Part shown: one piece after another, positions 1 to 6,802 of the stretch
Layout: each line of letters opens with the position of its first letter
Position numbering within the stretch: the stretch's first letter is position 1
Source of the DNA: Wolbachia endosymbiont of Cimex lectularius
GTDB taxonomy: Bacteria > Pseudomonadota > Alphaproteobacteria > Rickettsiales > Anaplasmataceae
Direction: 5' to 3'
NCBI RefSeq assembly: GCF_000829315.1
Contig: NZ_AP013028.1
Location: forward strand, 450,001-482,000
Length of the DNA stretch: 32,000 bases
The notes under the pieces: model-generated
The model's database searches: none
Told to the model about the DNA's origin: nothing
The model's input: only the letters and a program-made list of their open reading frames with translations
Program-made: the position numbers and the translations under genes

Positions 1-226
1 CTATATTTACACGATAGATAAGACGGTAACCACCAGCTTCCAATCTTCTATATCCTAATAACTTACCACATAATGGTTTACCAGCTTTAATTGGATCAAC
101 TTTGAGTTCTGTTTCTATCGCTTTTTCAAAACTCTTTCTTACTTTTTCTGGTAAAGCTCGAAAATCTTTCTTACATTTCTTTAAGAATTCAATTTCATAT
201 ACTTTACCCTTGTTTGAAATCTTCAT
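1..226 (-). CDS. RelE/ParE-family type II toxin, copy 1 (C-terminus runs off the window edge)
   Basis: Hand translation of the minus strand from the ATG at 226 gives MKISNKGKVYEIEFLKKCKKDFRALPEKVRKSFEKAIETELKVDPIKAGKPLCGKLLGYRRLEAGGYRLIYRVNI... The GxYRxxY core is typical of RelE/ParE. The start overlaps the 3' end of the upstream antitoxin ORF by 23 nt. It is absent from the ORF track because it is truncated by the window. Confidence 0.65.
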   Translation of the reverse strand, partial: MKISNKGKVYEIEFLKKCKKDFRALPEKVRKSFEKAIETELKVDPIKAGKPLCGKLLGYRRLEAGGYRLIYRVNI

Positions 227-425
227 ATTTAATCGTTTCCGCACCTGGAGTATCACGCTCCTTAATAACATCAGCCAGTGCAATTTCTTCTATCTTACAT
301 TCAATCCCGTCTTCAATTAGCTGTTTTACAAGCTCTTGAACGGACTCCTTAGTCACTTCAGCTAGCCTAGTAAGCCGATGTGAAGTTTCTGGGTCAAAAG
401 TTACACTAATTCCTGAATCTGCCAT
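204..425 (-). CDS. Small RHH-type (RelB/DinJ/ParD-like) antitoxin, copy 1
   Basis: A 73-77 aa acidic protein sits directly upstream of, and overlapping, a RelE/ParE toxin. N-terminal beta-strand-like ISVTFDPE is followed by helices. The ORF track starts at TTG 437; the ATG at 425 (MADSGISVTF) seems the more likely start. Confidence 0.6.
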   Translation of the reverse strand: MADSGISVTFDPETSHRLTRLAEVTKESVQELVKQLIEDGIECKIEEIALADVIKERDTPGAETIKYEDFKQG

Positions 426-454
426 AAATTTTACCAAAGTCTACAACTATAACT

Positions 455-514
455 AGTATACAACATTTTTCTGAATTTTTCAATAAATTAGTGTATGCTG
501 AAACTAGTTTAAAG
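455..514 (-). promoter_or_regulatory. Putative TA promoter/operator, copy 1
   Basis: On the minus strand: TTGAAA (483..478), 17 nt, TATACT (460..455). A 10-bp palindrome AAACTAGTTT lies at 501-510. ACTAGT and tandem TAGTT motifs overlap the -10. The segment is almost identical to 1068-1127. Confidence 0.5.
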
Positions 515-525
515 AATAAGGGAAG

Positions 526-816
526 TCAAACCGACTTTATTTTTTTCTTGTAAACATCCTTTCTATATTTTATTGAGACAACAGTCACTAGATATTGTAT
601 AACATTTATTTGGTATACGACACGACACTTACCTACTTTTAATCTTCTATATCCTTTTAATCCATAACGTAATGCTTCACCACGGTTGGCAGGATCGGTT
701 TTGAGACGTTCTGCTATAGCTTTTTTGATTGTTTCCCTTTCCTTTTTTGGGATCCTTGGTAAGTCCTTTTTATCAACACTTTCTAGGAATTTAATCTTGT
801 ATTCCTTTGGTTCCAC
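526..816 (-). CDS. RelE/ParE-family type II toxin, copy 2
   Basis: The 96 aa ORF contains ...LKGYRRLKVGKCRVVYQI...YRKDVYKK, a RelE/ParE-like core. Its ATG directly abuts the stop of the upstream antitoxin ORF. Confidence 0.7.
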   Translation of the reverse strand: MEPKEYKIKFLESVDKKDLPRIPKKERETIKKAIAERLKTDPANRGEALRYGLKGYRRLKVGKCRVVYQINVIQYLVTVVSIKYRKDVYKKKIKSV

Positions 817-1038
817 TTATTGGTCCCACTTGACATCTTCAAAATCAATTGTTTTTGCATCTGGAGTATGAAGTTTAGCAGCGCGCTCAATTAATATTCT
901 ATCTTCCTCATTTTCAATCGCTTCTTCCATGAGCTTTTCTGCTAGTTCTTTAACAGATTTGTTTCTTATTTCAGCTAGACCAACAAGGCACTCTGAAATT
1001 TCATCACTAAAGGTTATACTAATTTTTGAATCTGCCAT
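817..1038 (-). CDS. Small RHH-type antitoxin, copy 2
   Basis: Paralog of 204-425; roughly half the residues are identical by eye (MADSKISITFSDEISECL...). It sits directly upstream of the toxin at 526-816. The ORF-track TTG start is at 1050; the ATG at 1038 is more likely. Confidence 0.6.
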   Translation of the reverse strand: MADSKISITFSDEISECLVGLAEIRNKSVKELAEKLMEEAIENEEDRILIERAAKLHTPDAKTIDFEDVKWDQ

Positions 1039-1067
1039 AAGTTTTACCAAAGTCTACAACTATAACT

Positions 1068-1127
1068 AGTATACAACATTTTTCTGAATTTTTCAATAAA
1101 TTAGTGTATGCTAAAACTAGTTTAAAG
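1068..1127 (-). promoter_or_regulatory. Putative TA promoter/operator, copy 2
   Basis: Same TTGAAA-17-TATACT arrangement (1096..1091 and 1073..1068) and the same AAACTAGTTT palindrome as copy 1, offset by exactly 613 bp. Confidence 0.5.
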
Positions 1128-1135
1128 GATGAAAA

Positions 1136-2144
1136 ATGCTATCTCAAAAGGACATTATTTTATGCCGTAAAGATTTTGGCTTCTTTGCCTTTCAAGGCAT
1201 GCTGCGGGTATTTAATATCAAATTAAATTTAAAAAGAGAAGACGGCAGTAAAAATTATTTATGGGTACTGTTTAATAGCATCAACCGATTGGTTTTTGAA
1301 AAAGCACATAATCAATGGTGGAATATGCCACCGCACTGTGCTAAGACAACATTGGGTTTTATATTTCATGTAGCGTTTGCTTTTGGTAATAACCCAAGGG
1401 CAAAATTTATGTATATCACGCATCAGAGGGATTTGATGCGTGAAAAAATAAACGAATTACATATGGTGCTTGAATCTCCATTTTATCGCCAAGTTTTTCC
1501 AAACGTAAAAGTAGTTGGTCGCAGAAGTACGCGAGTAATCAAAACGAAAGAAGATGGTTTTGTTAATGGCTTTTCAATATCAGGACATGTGACAGGTCCA
1601 TGGAGCTGGAGATAGTTCTTTTGATGTTGATGAGATTCGTAAATACGGTGGCTGTATTATCCTTGATGATTTACATGATGCGAGCTGTGCTTATAGCCGA
1701 GTATCCCTCGTTAACGCCTGTCAAAAATTTGAACAGTGTATAACTTCAAGGCGCAATACTTCCGATACACCATTTTTAGTAATTGGTCAAAGGATCAGTG
1801 TTTATGACATATTTTGCTATTTAGATAAAAAATCAGAGCGACAGTTTGAGAAGACCATAATACCTGCAGTACTGGAAAATGGAACAAGTATTGATGAAGA
1901 TAGATTGCCTCTGCAAGAGCTGAGGATCAAGGAAAAAGCAGAGCCTTATGTTTTTCAATCGTAATACATGCAAGATCCACTAGAGCCAAAATGGCGAATA
2001 TTCCGTGAGAAAGACTTTAAGAAAATCGATTTTACTTATAAGACAATTGGCGATAAAGATCTGATAGCTTTTATAGATCTAAACAGCGGTTCACTCAACA
2101 CTCTCGATAGGACGGCAGTGGGAGTATTTCGGCCATTTTTTGTG
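1136..2144 (+). pseudogene. Phage/GTA-type terminase large subunit, decayed
   Basis: Terminase ATPase motifs are spread over two frames: a degenerate Walker A (NMPPHCAKTT), Walker B-like GGCIILDDLHD, LVIGQRISVYDI and FQS*YMQDP. There is a frameshift near 1590-1615 and an in-frame TAA at 1962-1964 where the YQQ-type motif expects Gln. The C-terminal nuclease half is missing and the reading frame runs straight into the IS inverted repeat at 2145. Confidence 0.7.
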
Positions 2145-3008
2145 AGAACCTGTTTAAAATCTTGGAAATGTGAGGTAAAGTAAGCATAGATTAATAATGA
2201 GGTGTCTATGCAGAAAAGTTATCCAAGTAATATAAGTCAAGAGCAGTTTGAAAAAATCAGGCCAATTTTGGAGAGTAGCAAGCAGAAAACAAAACCAAGA
2301 AAACTTGATTTGTATGACGTATTTTGTGGGGTGTTGTACGTCTTAAAAAGTGGTTGTCAGTGGAGGATGTTACCAAAGGGTTTTCCAAGATGGGAAAGCG
2401 TATATTACTATTTTCGAGTGTGGAGTAAAAAGAATGGAGAAGAGCCAAGCTTGTTGGAATTAGTCTTAAAAAAAATTAGTTGGAGAGGTCCGTATCAGCA
2501 ATGGTCGGAAAGAGAAAACTAGCTTTTGTATAATTGATTCTCAAAGCGTTAAAAACGCAGATACTGCTGAAAAAAAAAAGGCTATGATGCAGGTAAAAAG
2601 ATTTCAGGGATAAAGCGCCATATTGCAGTTGATACACAAGGTTTGCCACATGCAATTTATGTAACAACGGCAGAAGCAACTGACCGTAGCAGTGCTGTGA
2701 AAATGGTCGAAAATGCTAAAGCAAACCTCTCTGAAGTTAAAAACATACTGGTTGATGCTGGCTACACAGGAGAAAATTTTGCAACACAAATAAAAGCTAT
2801 CATTGGTGCGACTGTTGAAGTAATAAAGCGAAGTGAGTTACACACTTTCGTCGTATTGCCAAAAAGATGGGTTGTTGAACGCTCTTTTGCCTGGTTAGAA
2901 AAGTGCAGGCGATTGTGGAAAAATTGCGAGCGGAAGCTCAACACTAGCTTACAGATGATAGTCCTCTCCTTCATTTCTCTCCTGTTACGAAGATTTTAAA
3001 CAGGTTCT
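2145..3008 (+). mobile_element. IS5-family insertion sequence (IS1031/ISWpi-like), 864 bp
   Basis: Perfect 19-bp terminal inverted repeats: AGAACCTGTTTAAAATCTT at 2145-2163 and its reverse complement at 2990-3008. The interior encodes a DDE transposase. No flanking direct repeat is visible. Confidence 0.85.
2202..2999 (+). pseudogene. IS5-family DDE transposase split over three frame segments
   Basis: Segment 1 is 2202-2474 (N-terminal HTH part, ...CQWRMLP...). Segment 2 is 2476-2577 in the +1 frame (LVGEVRISNGRKEKTSFCIIDSQSVKNADTAEKK). Segment 3 is 2580-2999 (GYDAGKKISGIKRHIAVDTQGLPHAI...VDAGYTG...VVERSFAWLEKCRRL). The frame changes fall in an A8 run (2468-2475) and an A10 run (2570-2579). 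Confidence 0.75.
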
Positions 3009-3076
3009 AAATAAGAAAATTGGTATCTCGGTGAGAGGCAAGGAAGAAAACTTTAACTTGTCTTGACCGTAATGCT

Positions 3077-4015
3077 TTATACTTTATGAGCAAGAAGATT
3101 CTGTTCTTGTTGTGCGTTAGTTTCTTCTAGTTTACTTGATACTGCATATGTAATACCACCAGCAACAAGCCCAACTAACGAGGCAGCAGCTACAATTATG
3201 CCAGCTATAGCCAATATTGGTAATGCAACACCGGTAGCAAAACATCCAACACCAACTGCCAATCCAGTTACAACACCGAAAGCAATACCAATTTTTATTG
3301 CTTTACTAACTGCCATCCTAGTTTCAACTTGAAGAATTTTTTTTAGCATATCCTGATTTCCAGCCTCTTTTAAAAGACCTTTAATTTTCTCACGCTCATC
3401 TTCTTCTATAGCAACAAAAACTTCTTTTAACATGCCAAGACTTTCAGCTGCATCTAAAACGATTTTAATGCTTTCCTGTCCGTTCTGAAAAGCCATAGCA
3501 TAGGTAAGCGGTGTCTCAGTGTATTCTTCACGATTTTGGAGCTTTATGGTTGCCGGAGTATTAAAAACTTTTTTTAATATATTTTGCTCTCCTTTAACTG
3601 CATGTAAAATAGTTTTAATGCTTTCCTGATGATCATTAAAACTTATAGTAGAAAGACTTATAGCAAGGGCAAACGGTGTGGAAGTATGTTCTTCATCATC
3701 TGGAAACTTTGAATGTACATTCGTAGTAGTAAGAATGTCTTCTAATATACTTAGATTTTTAGCTGCACGTAGAATAGCTTCAACAGCTTTATAGCGGTTA
3801 TAAGAAATAGCAAAGGCAAGCAGTGTCTCAGTACGTTCTTGATTAACATCTTCAAACTTTTCAAATGTATTTACAGCAGTAAGAAACGCTATCAAATCAT
3901 TGTCTGAAACTTCTTTAAAAGAATTAAGGAATTGATCCTGATCTACTTTTATTTCTGCCTCTAACTTTTCATACAACTTCTGTTGTGTGTCTGTTAAACT
4001 TGTGTTATTAGGCAT
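3077..4015 (-). CDS. Degenerate ankyrin-like repeat protein with a C-terminal Gly/Ala-rich transmembrane region
   Basis: The 312 aa ORF has three to four roughly 45-aa repeats of the type TPLTYAMAFQNGQESIKIVLDAA / TPFALAISLS..HQESIKTILHAV / TLLAFAISYNRYKAVEAILRAA. A hydrophobic block of about 60 aa follows (IGIAFGVVTGLAVGVGCFATGVALPILAIAGIIVAAASLVGLVAGGITYAV). Confidence 0.6.
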   Translation of the reverse strand: MPNNTSLTDTQQKLYEKLEAEIKVDQDQFLNSFKEVSDNDLIAFLTAVNTFEKFEDVNQERTETLLAFAISYNRYKAVEAILRAAKNLSILEDILTTTNVHSKFPDDEEHTSTPFALAISLSTISFNDHQESIKTILHAVKGEQNILKKVFNTPATIKLQNREEYTETPLTYAMAFQNGQESIKIVLDAAESLGMLKEVFVAIEEDEREKIKGLLKEAGNQDMLKKILQVETRMAVSKAIKIGIAFGVVTGLAVGVGCFATGVALPILAIAGIIVAAASLVGLVAGGITYAVSSKLEETNAQQEQNLLAHKV

Positions 4016-4318
4016 ATTAAATCCTCCTGTTAAAAATAATAATATAATTTAATTATTAACTATTTTGATATAAAAGTCAAGAAAAAAATTAAGAAAAAGT
4101 TAAGAAATGGACAAGATATCAATAATCACACACACTCAAATAAGCAAAAGGTGCCCGTGCTCAAGCAAACATATCAAATTGCGCAATTAACAGAGCCATA
4201 AATTCATTGACCAGCAGTTGATGGCGAGTAGTTTCTAAGTCTGAAGTATGAGTTAATGGATTATTATGATTTTTACTAAAATATTAATATAGTTAAGCTT
4301 TAATAGTGAGGTATTAAA

Positions 4319-5734
4319 ATGGGAAAATGTAATAACACATGGTTCAATAAGCATGATTGTACAAACGATGGCACCTGCGGTCAATCTATACAAAATTATA
4401 AGGTTGGTAATTCTAATATTTCTTTCTATGACAGCTATGGAAAAACGATTGCACAGATACCTAAGTTGCCTAACGGAAACTCTATTACATACTATAATAA
4501 TTTATACAAAACTGCAGAATCAAAAAATTTTGCTGGTAGGTCAGCAGAATATGTAGGAATTCAGGATGTATTGCCTAATCAATTTAATTTCAAATATGGA
4601 AAGTTAAATTGCGTGATACATTATGATAATGTATCACAAGAGGAGCAAGAGCAAATAAAGCTTGATATTCAAAACGCTTATGAGGCATACAAAGCGAAGT
4701 TTTGTATTGCCGGTACCCAAGGTACTGTGCACACCTATATTTTTAATAATGAAAATGACTATAAGAAATACGGCACTAAGGTTCCTGGGTTTTCAAAGTA
4801 TCAAGATATGGTTAATAAGTCTGCTGGAATGACAGATGGAAGAAGCGTATCGCTCTATAAAAATGCTTATATGGATAACGTTTTAGCACATGAAATGGGT
4901 CACGTGTTCCAATTTAGGTTTTCCATGGCAGAAGTAGAAGCATTAGACCGTGTAAATTCTCAGTTAATGGCAAATGCCATTGGGCTAGAAGTAGAAGAAA
5001 AAAATTATAAAGCTATTTGTGAACAAAAAGACATAAATGAATACAAAAAGTTTAATGACAAAATTTTTGAGTTTGAGTACAAAGGCACCCTGTATCAAGT
5101 ATGGGGTAAGGTACGTCAAAATCTTTCAGGAGAGGAGAAAGTTCAATTTATTAAAGACATTAAGAGCTCTCATGAATCGCTTACTAGTGAGTGTTATAGA
5201 TTAGGTGGTGAAAGTGCAACTTTAAAAGTTCACATTTATGTTGGTGAAAATAAAGACATAGATAAAGTGTTTTTTTATAACCCCAACAAGAACTTATCTA
5301 AATGGTTGGATAAGACACTTATAAGCAGAAGTAACCCTGAAGAAGAGGTAAATACAGAGAAAAGTCAAGAGGAACAAGAGTCAAATGAGGTGAATTCAAG
5401 ATCAGGGAAAGAAAAATCCTGGAGTCAGGAAGAGTTGAATAAAGTAGAACATACAGGCTCAAAGGAAGAACAAAGTAAGATAGAAGAGAGCCAGCAAGGC
5501 ACTCAGCAACCCAGTGACTCGTCACCTAATGTTATTTTTCAAGCGCTTGACTACATTATTGGTTCCATTTCATCATTCTTTTCATGGTTATTTGGTTCTA
5601 AAGAGAAAGAACAACCTGCTCAACAATCTGACGATAGCTTTTCTTTATTTGAGTTTGATGCGAGCGGGCTAGATCACGATATTGGAGATCACTTGTCAGA
5701 CAATCATTATCACTCATCTGATGAGCTAATATAA
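4319..5734 (+). CDS. Large HEXXH zinc-metalloprotease-like protein with an acidic/Ser-rich C-terminal tail
   Basis: The 471 aa ORF is preceded by GTGAGG. The HEMGH motif is at aa 191-195 (nt 4889-4903). Its context, VHTYIFNNENDYKKYG...GMTDGRSVSLY...LAHEMGHVFQFRF, resembles the M9 collagenase catalytic core layout. There is no obvious signal peptide. The C-terminal ~130 aa are low-complexity E/S/Q-rich plus a hydrophobic segment, VIFQALDYIIGSISSFFSWLFG. Confidence 0.6.
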   Translation: MGKCNNTWFNKHDCTNDGTCGQSIQNYKVGNSNISFYDSYGKTIAQIPKLPNGNSITYYNNLYKTAESKNFAGRSAEYVGIQDVLPNQFNFKYGKLNCVIHYDNVSQEEQEQIKLDIQNAYEAYKAKFCIAGTQGTVHTYIFNNENDYKKYGTKVPGFSKYQDMVNKSAGMTDGRSVSLYKNAYMDNVLAHEMGHVFQFRFSMAEVEALDRVNSQLMANAIGLEVEEKNYKAICEQKDINEYKKFNDKIFEFEYKGTLYQVWGKVRQNLSGEEKVQFIKDIKSSHESLTSECYRLGGESATLKVHIYVGENKDIDKVFFYNPNKNLSKWLDKTLISRSNPEEEVNTEKSQEEQESNEVNSRSGKEKSWSQEELNKVEHTGSKEEQSKIEESQQGTQQPSDSSPNVIFQALDYIIGSISSFFSWLFGSKEKEQPAQQSDDSFSLFEFDASGLDHDIGDHLSDNHYHSSDELI

Positions 5735-6021
5735 CAACTCCCCTCCCCTTTTTAGTTATGTCTATAGCCTTTCAAATATGGGGAGGTAGTTATTTAAACA
5801 ATTAAATGAAAAATTAAGTAAATCATCCTGAAATTCCTGCTTTTTGTTGCGCAAAGAGATGACTTTTATTTCATTTGCATTATGGTTTAGGAGAAACGCA
5901 GATGAGCATAGCAAAATACCTGAAGTACCTCAGCCGCTAACACATAGCGGAATGACGGTTTTTCGAATCTTTAGGGTGTCATCCAAGTAGCCCCTTCTCC
6001 TGTCGTTCCAGTGCCTTCTTC

Positions 6022-6291
6022 TTGTCATTCCAGCGCGTGACGCACATCTGTACGAACATTGCAATTAGCAGGTAATTTGCGTAACAGATGGTGTCATCCC
6101 AGTGCTCCGACACTGGGATCCAACCTTTCCATAATCATTAAAACGCCGTATTTTAACATAAAACAGCTACTTTTATACTCACCAACTTAATAAAATTCCT
6201 GGATGCCAGTGTCAGCTACTTGCATAACACCCTAGTGGTAGGCTCAAATCACAATGTTCGTACAGATGTGCGTCACGCGCTGGAATGACAA
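6022..6291. repeat. Perfect 40-bp inverted repeat flanking 190 bp, inside copy A
   Basis: 6022-6061 (TTGTCATTCCAGCGCGTGACGCACATCTGTACGAACATTG) is the exact reverse complement of 6252-6291. Confidence 0.9.
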
Positions 6292-6747
6292 CATTTGTTG
6301 TAAAAACAAATGTTCGTTCATGAATTGCAACTAGCTATAAATATTAAGAAATTTATCAAATGAGAAAAAAAGCAAAAGAAACCCTGGTCGGTGGCTAATT
6401 ATTTATATGTACCTCAAATATCGGCGTTTTTATTCTCAGCGCTACGATTCAGCTACTTTTAAATGCAAATAACCAAAACTGTAAACGTTAAGAAATTTAC
6501 TAAACAGGAAAAAGGGCAAAAAAACTCTAGGGCAGCTAGTATTCAAATTCTCCCTTGTCTATTTGACGTTCTACACTATCTTAAACGACTTATAAGCGCG
6601 TTTCAGCTTGTATAGATAAAAACCCGAAGTTTTAAAAAGACGTGAGGTGCACATAGTGCAAAAATTTAAACATGAGACGCCAAATACCCTAAGTTTTTTG
6701 TCATTAACCTGCACAGATTGCGAAGATAAATAAATAGCTTCAGTATC

Positions 6748-6776
6748 ATTATAAGGGGGTTGGCGAAGGTTGTCAA
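6748..6776 (-). promoter_or_regulatory. Perfect consensus sigma70 promoter at the edge of repeat copy A
   Basis: The minus strand reads TTGACA (6776..6771), exactly 17 nt (ACCTTCGCCAACCCCCT), then TATAAT (6753..6748). It is directed into the repeat and away from the adjacent gene 6803-9706. Confidence 0.6.
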
Positions 6777-6802
6777 GTTTCTATGAATGGCGTGTTATAT
6801 GC

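Larger units (their letters stand above)
5870..6780 (-). repeat. Composite intergenic repeat, copy A (promoter end at 6780; sense strand is minus)
   Basis: Shares ordered blocks with 14225-14690, 24960-26300 and 29815-30455: a promoter block, about 200 bp of unique sequence, two tandem ~144-bp sub-repeats (6346-6489, 6490-~6640), a palindromic hairpin zone, the intron-less target site, and a far-end block containing AGGAGAAACGCAGATG (5889-5904). Confidence 0.8.

Noticed and set aside
102-320. 72-aa plus-strand ORF across the first TA module, with a similar one at 686-871
   Set aside because: It is antisense to the toxin/antitoxin pair. The composition is low-complexity F/L/S-rich, and it is not conserved between the two modules.
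2257-2974. Several 61-70 aa minus-strand ORFs inside the IS element
   Set aside because: They are antisense to the transposase frames and have no motifs. They are typical spurious ORFs in AT-rich sequence.
5735-5800. Possible terminator after the HEXXH gene (CTCCCC...GGGGAG)
   Set aside because: The stem is only 6 bp with a loop of about 38 nt, and the T-run precedes rather than follows the second arm. This is not convincing as an intrinsic terminator.
6346-6640. Possibility that the tandem sub-repeats are a CRISPR array
   Set aside because: The units are about 144-154 bp and contiguous, with only one or two per locus. There are no short unique spacers and no cas genes in the window.
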